Part shown: positions 17,998 through 26,720 of the stretch, piece after piece | Position numbering within the stretch: the stretch's first letter is position 1 | How the letters are laid out: every line of letters begins with the position of its first letter | The notes under the pieces: generated by a model | The model's input: only the letters and a program-made list of their open reading frames with translations | What the model was told of the DNA's origin: nothing | Database searches by the model: none | From: Planctomycetota bacterium | GTDB lineage: Bacteria; Planctomycetota; SZUA-567; H5-PLA8 | Assembly: GCA_045863855.1 (NCBI GenBank) | Contig: BTVV01000076.1 | Location: forward strand, 1-29,579 | Length of the DNA stretch: 29,579 nt | Direction: 5' to 3' | Made by a program: the position numbers and the translations under genes

Positions 17998-20900
17998 GTG
18001 GAGGGGGCTTCGGCGCAGCAGTTCGACCGCCGCATCGCCGTGGTGGGCCTGGGCGCGGTCTTCCCCGGCGCGGCGGACCTCGCGGGCTTCTGGCGCAACG
18101 TCCGCGACGGGATCTCCGCGGCGCGCGACGTGCCCGACGGGCGCTGGCCGCAGCCGAAAGAAGCTTATTACGATCCGCAGCCCGGGCGCGCCGACCGCGT
18201 GTACTCGGTGCGCGGCTGTTTCCTCGACGAGATCCGCTTCGAACCCACCCCCGACCTGCACGTCGACGCGGCGTGGCTGGCGCGGATGGATCCGCTTTTC
18301 TCGCTCGTGCTGCGCGCGGGCGTGGACGCGTTTCGTTCCGGCGTGACGGCGGGGCTGGACCGGCGGCGCACCGGCGTGATCCTGGGCAACATCGCGCTGC
18401 CGACCGAGCACGCTTCGGCGCTGGCGCGGGAAGTCTTGGGCCGGACGTTCGAGGAGCAGGCGGCCGGCGCGGCGCGCGCCGGGGAAGCGCCGGTGGCGGC
18501 GCAGAACCGGCTGGTCGCGGGCCTGCCGGCGGGGGTTCTGGCCCACGCATTGCGGCTGGGCGGCGGCGCGTTCACGCTCGACGCCGCGTGCGCATCGGCG
18601 TTGTACGCGCTGAAGCTGGCGGCGGACGAACTGCTTTCCGGCCGCGCGGACGCGATGCTCGCGGGCGGGCTCTCGCGCCCCGACGGGCTCTACACGCAGA
18701 TGGGTTTTGCGCAGTTGCGCGCACTATCGCCGAGCGGGCGGTGCGCGCCGTTCGACGCGAAGGCCGACGGGCTGGTGGTGGGCGAAGGCGCGGGGATTTT
18801 CCTGCTTAAGCGACTGGCCGATGCCTTGCGCGACGGCGACCGCATTCACGCGACGATCCACGGGATCGGGTTATCCAACGACATTCACGGGAGCTTGCTC
18901 GCGCCGCATTCGGAAGGGCAGTTGCGCGCGATGCGCGCCGCGTACGCGCAAGCGGGTTGGACGCCGCAGGACGTCGATCACATCGAGTGCCACGCGACGG
19001 GCACGCCGCTGGGCGATGCGGTCGAGTTCAACAGCTTGAAGGAACTGTGGGGTTCGAGCGAACGGCGCTGCGCGATCGGCGGCGTGAAGTCGAACGTGGG
19101 CCATCTGCTCACCGGAGCGGGCGCGGCTGGGCTGGCCAAGACGCTGCTGGCGCTGCGCGAAGAGACGCTGCCTCCGACGGCGCATTTCGAGCGCGCGGCG
19201 CCGAACGTGTCGCTGCACGATTCGCCGTTCGATGTCTTGAGCGCCGCGCGGGCGTGGCCGCGCCGAAGTTCCGGACAGGCGCGCCGCGCCGCGGTCAGCG
19301 CGTTCGGCTTCGGCGGGATCAACGCGCACCTGCTGGTCGAAGAGTGGCTGGGCGCGCCGGAAGCGGCGGCGCCCGCGCCGCTGGAGGTCCGTTCGGCCGC
19401 CGCTCGCGAACCCGCCGAGGCGCTGGCCGTCGTCGGGATGGAGGCGCATTTCGGGCCGTGGGAGACGCTGCAAGCGTTTCAGGAACGCGCGCTGGGCGGC
19501 CGGTCCGACGCGCCGCGGCCGCCGGCCGGCTGGTGGGGCGTCGAGCAGAGCGCGTGGTTCCGCGCGCGCGGAGCGCGCGCGCCGCGCGGGTACTTCATCG
19601 ACGAACTGCGCGTGCCGGCGGGACGTTTCCGGATCCCGCCGCACGAATTGGCGGAGATGCTGCCGCAGCAGGTGTTGATGCTGCAAGTCGCAGCCGGCGC
19701 CCTTCAGGATGCGGGGCTGACCGGCGAACTGGGCGTGCGCACGGGAATTTACATCGGCCTCGAACTGGACCTGAACACGACGAACTTTCAGTTGCGCTGG
19801 ACGCTGCCGAAAGACCGCGCGATCGAAGGCGCGGCCGGGGCGGCGTGGCAGGAGGCGCTGCGCGATGCGTACGGTCCGGCGCTGAACGCGAACCGGACGA
19901 TGGGCGCGCTGGGCGGAATCGTGGCGAGCCGGATCGCGCGGGAGTTTCGCTGCGGCGGACCCAGCCACACGCTTTCGTGCGAAGAAGCGAGCGGCTTGAG
20001 CGCGCTGCACGTGGCCGCGCAGGCGCTGCGCGCGGGCGAAATCGACCGGGCGCTGGTGGGCGCGGTGGATCTGGCCGGCGATCCGCGCGCGCTGCATGAG
20101 GCCGGGCGCGAATTGCCGGGCGAAGGCGCGGCGGCGCTGGTGCTGAAGCGGCTTTCGGACGCACGGCGCGACGGCGACCGCGTGTATGCGGTGCTGCGTG
20201 GCGTGGGGCTGAGCGGGGCGGGGCACGCGCGGGGGTTGGAGGCCGCGGAAGAACGCGCGTGCGCGCAAGCCGGAATCGATGGGCAACGCGCGGGCTATGC
20301 GGAGTTGGCTGCGCCGCCGGGCGAAGAGCCACAGGAAGGTGCGTGGGGGCACGCAGCATCGACTTTTGGGCATGCGGGAGCGGCCACGGGCTTGGCGGCG
20401 CTGGTGCGCGCGTGCGTGTGCCTGCATCAAGAGATGCTGCCGGCGTCTGAGTCGGCCGCGCCGCGTTACTGGCTGCGCAATCGCGCCGACGGCCCGCGCC
20501 GCGCGTCCGTCAGCGTCCGCGCGGAAGGCGGCACGTGCGCGCACGCGGTGCTGGAAGAGTACGCCGCGCGCACAGCGGAGTCTCCGCCGCCGCGCCGCAC
20601 GGGAATGGGTCCTCCGCGCGAGGTACTCTTCGCGCTGGAGGCCGATACGCCGGCGGAACTGGCGGCGCTGCTGGACCGATTGGCGGCCTTCGAAGCGGGC
20701 GGCGACCCGGAAGCTCGAGCGGCGGCGTGGCTGCGGGCGCATCCGTCGAGTCCCGCGCGCAAGCTGGGGCTGGCGCTGATCGCTTCGGATTTCGAAGACC
20801 TGAAGCGCCAGATCGCGGCGGCTCGGCAAGCGCTTGAAGGTTCGACGCCGCGGCGCGGCGGGGCGCTGGAGCAGGTGTATTTCGCGGCGGAACCGCTGGG

Positions 20901-23900
20901 CGCGGCGGGGAAGCTCGCGTTCGTCTACCCCGGCTCGGGCAACGCGTTCGCGGGGATGGGCCGCGGGCTTTGCGCGCGCTGGCCGGAGATTCCGCGGCGG
21001 CAAGACGCGGAAAACGAGCGGCTCTTCGATCAACTGCGGCCGGACTTGTTCTGGCCGGGCGAGCCCGGCGCGCGAACGGAAGCGCCGCCGCTTGAGCAGT
21101 TGATGGGACAGGTGGCGTTCGGGACGCTGATGACGGATCTGCTGCGCGGATTCGGACTCGAACCGGCGCTGGCGCTGGGCTACAGCTTGGGCGAATCGGC
21201 GAGCCTCTTCGGGCTGCGCGTCTGGCGCGCGCGCGACGAGATGCTGGAGCGGCTGCACGCTTCGACGCTCTTTACCGCCGACCTGGCCGGCGCGTGCCGT
21301 TCGGTGCGGCGTGCGTGGAAGCTGGCCGACGACGATCCGCTGGAGTGGACGGTGGGGATGGTGGACCGCCCGGCGCGCGAGGTCGAGGCGGCGCTGCGCG
21401 GGAAGCCGCGCGCGGCGCTTTTGATTGTCAATTCGCCGACGGCGTGCGTGGTCGGCGGCGACCGGCCGGCGGTCGAGGAACTGGTCCACGCGCTGCGTTG
21501 CGCGTTCCTGAAGATTCACGGGGTGACGGTCGCGCACCACCGCGTGGTGGAACCGGTGGCCGAGCCGTACCGGAAGCTGCATCTGTTCGAGACGCACGAT
21601 CCGGGCGCGGTGCGCTTTTACAGCGGCGCGCGGGGGACGGCGTACGAGATCGGCCCCGAACGCTGCGCCGAAGCGATCCAGGCGCAGGCGCTGAACACGA
21701 TCGATTTTCCGCGGCTGGTGTCGAATGCGTACGCCGACGGCGCTCGGATCTTCGTCGAGATCGGGCCGGGTTCTTCGTGCACGCAGATGATCCGCAAGAT
21801 TCTCGCCGAGCGCCCGCACCGCGCGTGTTCGGCTTCGCTGATGGGGCAGGACGAAGCGGCGACGGTGCTGCGCGTGCTGGCGCAGTGCGTGGCCGAACGC
21901 GTGCCCGTGCGGCTGGACGGTTTGTATCCGTCCGCGGAGGCGGACAAGAAGATCGAGGCGCGAGCGCACGAGAAGCTCCTGGCGCTGCCCGTGCGACCGG
22001 GCGCGTTTCGCGTGCCGCCGCCGCCCGCCGAGCAGCCGGAACGCGCGCCGGCCTTCGCGGTTTCGGCCGCGCCGCGCGCCGAGGCGCCGGAAACGGCGCT
22101 GGCCGAAAGCTTCCGCAACGCCGAGCACGCGCGGATGCGCGCGCATGCGCAGTATTTGAGCTTCGCCGAAGACCTCAACCGCGCGATGGCTTCGACGGTG
22201 AGCGCGCAGTTGGCGCTGCTGGAACGCTTGCAGTCCAATCCGGCGGCGCAGGCGGAGAGCGTGAGCGGGCCGCCGGCCGCGGCGCCCGCGCGCGTCTTCA
22301 TGGATCGCGCGCAGTGCATGGAGTTCGCGATCGGTTCCATCGGCAAGGTTTTGGGATCCGCGTTCGCGGCGGTGGACGCGCATCCGACGCGCGTGCGGCT
22401 GCCCGACGAACCGCTGATGCTCGTCGACCGCATCCTGGAGGTGGAAGGCGAGCCGCTGAGCCTGAGTTCGGGGCGAGTCGTGACCGAGCATGACGTGCGG
22501 CCGGGCGCGTGGTACCTCGACGGCGGGCGCATCCCCACCTGCATCGCGGTGGAAGCCGGGCAGGCCGACCTGTTTCTCTCCGGATACCTCGGCATCGACT
22601 TCAAGACCGCGGGCCTGGCGATGTACCGGCTGCTCGACGCGGTGGTGACGTTCCACCAAAGCCTGCCCGAGCCCGGCCAGACGATCCGCTACGACATCCG
22701 CATCGAACGCTTCTTCCGGCAGGGGCAGACGTATCTGTTCCGGTTCAGCTTCGAATCGACGGTGAACGGGCGTCCGTTGCTGACGATGCAGAACGGATGC
22801 GCGGGCTTCTTCACGCCGGAGGAACTCGCGGCGGGGCAGGGGATCGTGCACACCGAACTGGATAAGCGTGCAATTCCGGGGAAGCGTCCGGCCGACTGGC
22901 AGCCGCCGGTGGCGCTGGGGGCGATCGAATGCTATTCGGATGCGCAGGTCGCGGCGCTGAGGCGCGGCGACTTGGCGGCGTGCTTCGGGCCGGCCTTCGC
23001 GAATTTGGCGCTGAACGAACCGCCGCGCCTGCCGGGCGGGCGGATGGAACTGGTCGACCGCGTGATCCGGCTCGATCCGAAGGGCGGGCGTTACGGGCTG
23101 GGGCAGATCGACGCGGAGATGGATATCCGCCCCGACGACTGGTTTCTGACCTGCCATTTCAGCGACGACCGCGTGATGCCGGGCACGCTGATGTACGAAT
23201 GCTGCATGCATACGCTGCGCATTCTGCTGCTGCGCATGGGCTGGGTGGCCGAGCATGCGCGAACGATCTGCGAACCGGTGCCCGGGGTGGCCAGCCAGCT
23301 CAAGTGCCGCGGACAGGTGATCGAGAGCACGCGGAAAGTGATGTACCGCATTTCGCTGAAGGAATTCGGCTTCGGCCCCGAGCCGTACGCGATCGCCGAC
23401 GCGCTGATGTTCGCCGACGGCAAGCCGATCGTCGAGATTACCGATATGTCGGTGCGGCTGGCTGGGCTTTCGCGCGCGGAACTCGACCGGGTCTGGAGCG
23501 GCGCGCGGCCCGCGCGTGCGTCGGGCGAGCGCAAGCCGGCGGTGTACGACTTCGACCGGATTCACGCGTTCGCGGTGGGCAAGCCTTCGGTGGCGTTCGG
23601 GAAGCCGTACGAAATTTTCGATGCGTCCGGGGAGACGGGCTTGGGGCGGGTGATCGCGCGGCTGCCCGGGCCGCCGTACCAGTTCCTGGACCGCATCACC
23701 GCGGTGGATTCGGCGCCGTGGGAGATGAAGGCGGGCATCACGGTCGAAGCGCAGTACGACGTGCCGCCGGATGCGTGGTACTTCGCGGCGCATCGCGGGC
23801 AGGGGATGCCGTTCGCGGTGCTGCTCGAGATTGCGCTTCAGCCGTGCGGGTGGCTCGCGGCGTACATGGGCAGCGCGCTGACGAGCGCGACGGATCTGTC

Positions 23901-24612
23901 CTTCCGGAATCTAGGCGGCGCGGGGCGGCAGTTGCGCGCCGTCGGCCCGGACGCCGGCACGCTGACGATCACGGTCAAGAGCACCAAGATTTCGGCCAGC
24001 GGCGGGATGATCATCCAGCACTACGATCTCGACGTGCGCGACGCGGCGGGGCCGGTGTACAGCGGGAACACGTACTTCGGATTCTTCGGCAAGGAGGCGC
24101 TGGCGCAGCAGGTGGGCATCCGCGATGCCAAGCCGTACCGCGAAGCGCAAACGGGCGAAGCCTTCGCGTTTCCGGAGCAGGCGCCTTATCCGGACGCCCA
24201 GTTGCGCATGCTGGACCGCGTCGATGCGTTCGTGCAGGCCGGCGGCCCGGCGGGGCTGGGCTTTCTGCGCGGCAGCCTGGAGGTCGATCCGCGGACGTGG
24301 TTCTTCAAGGCGCACTTTTTCCAGGATCCGGTCTGCCCGGGGTCGCTGGGTCTGGAGTCGTTCCTGCAATTGGCGGGGATTGCCGCGCGGGCGCGTTGGG
24401 GCGAACGGACGTTGCTGCACGCGATGACCCTGGGGCAGGATCACCAGTGGATCTACCGCGGGCAGATTGTGCCCAAGGATCGGCGCGTGACCGTGGAGGC
24501 TTGCATCACCCGTGTGGACGATGCGGCGCGGAAGATATGGGCCGAAGGCTTCCTTTCGGTGGACGGCCGGCTGATCTACCAGATGAAGGATTTCGGCCTC
24601 CAGGCGCTTTAG
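17998..24612 (+). CDS. pfaBC: PUFA synthase PfaBC/Pfa3-type fusion: KS-CLF-AT-FabA-like DH (four hot-dog units, two with catalytic His)
   Basis: GTG start with a GGGGAG SD. KS DAACASA/HATGT/GHLL; CLF with SCEEASG (Glu at the Cys position); AT YPGSG/GYSLG/VAHH; DH WFLTCHFSDDRVMPGTLMYE and WFFKAHFFQDPVCPGSLGLE. Confidence 0.93.
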   Translation: MEGASAQQFDRRIAVVGLGAVFPGAADLAGFWRNVRDGISAARDVPDGRWPQPKEAYYDPQPGRADRVYSVRGCFLDEIRFEPTPDLHVDAAWLARMDPLFSLVLRAGVDAFRSGVTAGLDRRRTGVILGNIALPTEHASALAREVLGRTFEEQAAGAARAGEAPVAAQNRLVAGLPAGVLAHALRLGGGAFTLDAACASALYALKLAADELLSGRADAMLAGGLSRPDGLYTQMGFAQLRALSPSGRCAPFDAKADGLVVGEGAGIFLLKRLADALRDGDRIHATIHGIGLSNDIHGSLLAPHSEGQLRAMRAAYAQAGWTPQDVDHIECHATGTPLGDAVEFNSLKELWGSSERRCAIGGVKSNVGHLLTGAGAAGLAKTLLALREETLPPTAHFERAAPNVSLHDSPFDVLSAARAWPRRSSGQARRAAVSAFGFGGINAHLLVEEWLGAPEAAAPAPLEVRSAAAREPAEALAVVGMEAHFGPWETLQAFQERALGGRSDAPRPPAGWWGVEQSAWFRARGARAPRGYFIDELRVPAGRFRIPPHELAEMLPQQVLMLQVAAGALQDAGLTGELGVRTGIYIGLELDLNTTNFQLRWTLPKDRAIEGAAGAAWQEALRDAYGPALNANRTMGALGGIVASRIAREFRCGGPSHTLSCEEASGLSALHVAAQALRAGEIDRALVGAVDLAGDPRALHEAGRELPGEGAAALVLKRLSDARRDGDRVYAVLRGVGLSGAGHARGLEAAEERACAQAGIDGQRAGYAELAAPPGEEPQEGAWGHAASTFGHAGAATGLAALVRACVCLHQEMLPASESAAPRYWLRNRADGPRRASVSVRAEGGTCAHAVLEEYAARTAESPPPRRTGMGPPREVLFALEADTPAELAALLDRLAAFEAGGDPEARAAAWLRAHPSSPARKLGLALIASDFEDLKRQIAAARQALEGSTPRRGGALEQVYFAAEPLGAAGKLAFVYPGSGNAFAGMGRGLCARWPEIPRRQDAENERLFDQLRPDLFWPGEPGARTEAPPLEQLMGQVAFGTLMTDLLRGFGLEPALALGYSLGESASLFGLRVWRARDEMLERLHASTLFTADLAGACRSVRRAWKLADDDPLEWTVGMVDRPAREVEAALRGKPRAALLIVNSPTACVVGGDRPAVEELVHALRCAFLKIHGVTVAHHRVVEPVAEPYRKLHLFETHDPGAVRFYSGARGTAYEIGPERCAEAIQAQALNTIDFPRLVSNAYADGARIFVEIGPGSSCTQMIRKILAERPHRACSASLMGQDEAATVLRVLAQCVAERVPVRLDGLYPSAEADKKIEARAHEKLLALPVRPGAFRVPPPPAEQPERAPAFAVSAAPRAEAPETALAESFRNAEHARMRAHAQYLSFAEDLNRAMASTVSAQLALLERLQSNPAAQAESVSGPPAAAPARVFMDRAQCMEFAIGSIGKVLGSAFAAVDAHPTRVRLPDEPLMLVDRILEVEGEPLSLSSGRVVTEHDVRPGAWYLDGGRIPTCIAVEAGQADLFLSGYLGIDFKTAGLAMYRLLDAVVTFHQSLPEPGQTIRYDIRIERFFRQGQTYLFRFSFESTVNGRPLLTMQNGCAGFFTPEELAAGQGIVHTELDKRAIPGKRPADWQPPVALGAIECYSDAQVAALRRGDLAACFGPAFANLALNEPPRLPGGRMELVDRVIRLDPKGGRYGLGQIDAEMDIRPDDWFLTCHFSDDRVMPGTLMYECCMHTLRILLLRMGWVAEHARTICEPVPGVASQLKCRGQVIESTRKVMYRISLKEFGFGPEPYAIADALMFADGKPIVEITDMSVRLAGLSRAELDRVWSGARPARASGERKPAVYDFDRIHAFAVGKPSVAFGKPYEIFDASGETGLGRVIARLPGPPYQFLDRITAVDSAPWEMKAGITVEAQYDVPPDAWYFAAHRGQGMPFAVLLEIALQPCGWLAAYMGSALTSATDLSFRNLGGAGRQLRAVGPDAGTLTITVKSTKISASGGMIIQHYDLDVRDAAGPVYSGNTYFGFFGKEALAQQVGIRDAKPYREAQTGEAFAFPEQAPYPDAQLRMLDRVDAFVQAGGPAGLGFLRGSLEVDPRTWFFKAHFFQDPVCPGSLGLESFLQLAGIAARARWGERTLLHAMTLGQDHQWIYRGQIVPKDRRVTVEACITRVDDAARKIWAEGFLSVDGRLIYQMKDFGLQAL

Positions 24613-24651
24613 CAGGCTATTTCGTCAGGCGGCCAAGACCCCAAAATCACA

Positions 24652-24680
24652 TTAGCTCCCAGCGGGTTCGACCGTATAAT
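24652..24680 (+). promoter_or_regulatory. Candidate internal sigma70 promoter upstream of oleA
   Basis: Perfect TATAAT at 24675-24680 in very GC-rich DNA. TTAGCT (24652-24657) sits at 17-nt spacing. The -10 ends 31 nt before the oleA ATG. Confidence 0.55.
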
Positions 24681-24711
24681 CCCCTTCTTCACCCGCGAGC
24701 GTCCGGCAAGC

Positions 24712-25764
24712 ATGAAGTACACCAAGGTCCATATCGAAGCCCTCGCCTACGAGTTGCCGCCGGTGGTGGTGACGAGCGAGGAACTGGAAGAACGGCTCGC
24801 GCCGCTTTTCAAGAAGCTGCACATCCCTTCGGGCCAGTTGCTCCAATGGACGGGCATCACGGAGCGGCGCTGGTGGGACGCGGGTCACGAGCTGTCGCAA
24901 GGCGCGATCGCGGCGGCGCGCAAGGCGCTGAGCGGTTCGGGCGTTCCGGCGCGCGACCTGGAGGCGCTGATTTACGCCGGGGTCTGCCGCGAGAATTTCG
25001 AGCCGGCGACGGCCTGCCGGGTGGCCGCGTCGCTGGGGGTCAATCCGCGCGCTTCGGTTTACGACGTGAGCAACGCGTGCCTGGGCGTGCTGAACGGCAT
25101 CGTCGACATCGCCAACCGCATCGAGCTGGGCCAGCTTCGCGCCGGCATGGTCGTCTCGTGCGAGAGCGCGCGGGAGATCGTCGAGCGGACCATCGACCGG
25201 ATGCTCGAACGCCCCGAGATGGATCTGTTCAAGTCGTCGGTCGCGACGCTGACCGGCGGTTCGGGCGCGGTGGCGGTGCTCCTGACGGACGGATCGTATT
25301 CGACCTCCAAGCGGCGCCGGCTGTTGGGCGGCGAGAACATGGCCGCGCCGGAACATTACGGGTTGTGCCGCTGGGGTCTGCAGAAGATGACCTCGCTGGG
25401 GACGCACGTCGCCACACAGGTGATGACCACCGACTCGCCGCTGGTGCTGAAGTACGGCGTGGACCTTGGACTGCGCACGTGGCTGAGCTTTCTGGGGCAT
25501 GTGGGCTGGGCGACGGAGCACGTAGATAAGGTGATCTGCCACCAGGTCGGCTCGGGACACCAGAACTCGATCCTCAAGACGCTGGGCATTGCCCCGGAGA
25601 AGGATTTCGTTACGTATCCGTACCTCGGCAATATCGGCACCGTATCGCTGCCGCTTACCGCGGCGCTGGCCGAAGAGCGCGCGTTCCTGAAGGCCGGCGA
25701 CCGCGTGGGCTTCCTGGGCATCGGCAGCGGCTTGAATTGCATGATGCTGGGCATCGAGTGGTGA
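24712..25764 (+). CDS. oleA: OleA, acyl-CoA:acyl-CoA non-decarboxylative Claisen condensing thiolase-fold enzyme
   Basis: ENFEPATA (catalytic Glu), DVSNACLG (Cys), TLTGGSGA, CHQVG (His), GNIG (Asn) and the C-terminal GIGSGLNC..LGIEW; first gene of oleABCD. Confidence 0.93.
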   Translation: MKYTKVHIEALAYELPPVVVTSEELEERLAPLFKKLHIPSGQLLQWTGITERRWWDAGHELSQGAIAAARKALSGSGVPARDLEALIYAGVCRENFEPATACRVAASLGVNPRASVYDVSNACLGVLNGIVDIANRIELGQLRAGMVVSCESAREIVERTIDRMLERPEMDLFKSSVATLTGGSGAVAVLLTDGSYSTSKRRRLLGGENMAAPEHYGLCRWGLQKMTSLGTHVATQVMTTDSPLVLKYGVDLGLRTWLSFLGHVGWATEHVDKVICHQVGSGHQNSILKTLGIAPEKDFVTYPYLGNIGTVSLPLTAALAEERAFLKAGDRVGFLGIGSGLNCMMLGIEW

Positions 25765-25777
25765 CTTTCCTTCGCCC

Positions 25778-26710
25778 ATGAACGAGACGGCGATGCAAAC
25801 GGCCCTGCGCTCCAAACTCCAAGCGCTCGATCCGGAACTCTACCCGTTCGAGAGCCGCTACCTCGACCGCGGCGGCTTGCGTTACCACTACGTGGACGAA
25901 GGCCAAGGCGAGCCGCTCGTGATGGTGCACGGCAATCCCACGTGGTCGCTGTACTTCCGCGAGCTGGTGAAGACGTTCCGGACGCGCTATCGCTGCGTGG
26001 TTCCCGACCATATCGGCTGCGGGTTTTCGGATAAGCCCGGTGACGAACGCTATGCGTACACGCTGGAACGGCGGGTGGACGACCTGGAGGCTCTGCTGGA
26101 GCACCTGGGACTGCGCGAGAACCTGACGCTGGTCCTGCACGACTGGGGCGGCATGATCGGCTGGGCGTATGCGGCGCGGCATCCCGAACGCGTGAAGCGG
26201 TTCGTGATCCTGAATACGTCGGCCTTTCATCTTCCCGCGTCCAAACCATTCCCGTGGCAGCTTTGGCTGACACGCACGCCGCTGGGCGCGCTGCTGGTAC
26301 GCGGCTTGAATGCGTTCGCCGGATCGGCCGCGCGCGTCTGCGCGAAGCGCCGGCCGCTCTCGCCGGCGTTGCGCGCGGCGTACAAAGCGCCGTACGATTC
26401 GTGGGCGCACCGCATCGCGGTGCTTCGGTTCGTGCAGGATATCCCGCTGCGCCCCGCCGATCCTGGCTACGCGATCGTCAGCGGCGTGGAAGAGAAGCTG
26501 CCCGATTTCCGCCGGCACCCGATGCTGATTTGCTGGGGCGAGCGCGACTTCGTATTCGACAAGCATTTCCTGGCCTGCTGGGAGCGGGCGTTTCCGGAGG
26601 CCGAACTGCATCGCTTCCCCGACTGCGGGCATTACATCCTCGAAGACGCGGGGCCGGAGGTCGCGAAGCTGATGCAGGCGTTCCTCGACGCGCATCCGCT
26701 TGGGGCCTGA
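25778..26710 (+). CDS. oleB: OleB, beta-lactone decarboxylase (haloalkane dehalogenase-like alpha/beta hydrolase)
   Basis: HGNPTW, PDHIGCGFSDKP, HDWGG (nucleophile Asp), RFVQDIP, WGERDFVF, CGHY; position between oleA and oleC. Confidence 0.92.
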   Translation: MNETAMQTALRSKLQALDPELYPFESRYLDRGGLRYHYVDEGQGEPLVMVHGNPTWSLYFRELVKTFRTRYRCVVPDHIGCGFSDKPGDERYAYTLERRVDDLEALLEHLGLRENLTLVLHDWGGMIGWAYAARHPERVKRFVILNTSAFHLPASKPFPWQLWLTRTPLGALLVRGLNAFAGSAARVCAKRRPLSPALRAAYKAPYDSWAHRIAVLRFVQDIPLRPADPGYAIVSGVEEKLPDFRRHPMLICWGERDFVFDKHFLACWERAFPEAELHRFPDCGHYILEDAGPEVAKLMQAFLDAHPLGA

Positions 26711-26720
26711 CGGACCGCGC

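Noticed and set aside
11336..18550. 2404-aa minus-strand ORF opposite pfaA
   Set aside because: Antisense shadow of a high-GC gene; Arg/Ala/Pro-rich with no domain motifs.
18871..23793. 1640-aa minus-strand ORF opposite pfaBC, and similar ORFs opposite pfaD and oleA-D
   Set aside because: Stop-poor antisense frames expected from codon bias; the + strand carries clear enzymes.
24712..26710. Alternative calls FabH (for oleA) and haloalkane dehalogenase (for oleB)
   Set aside because: The OleA-specific EPATA Glu, the C-terminal GIGSGLN motif and the full oleABCD order favour Ole assignments.
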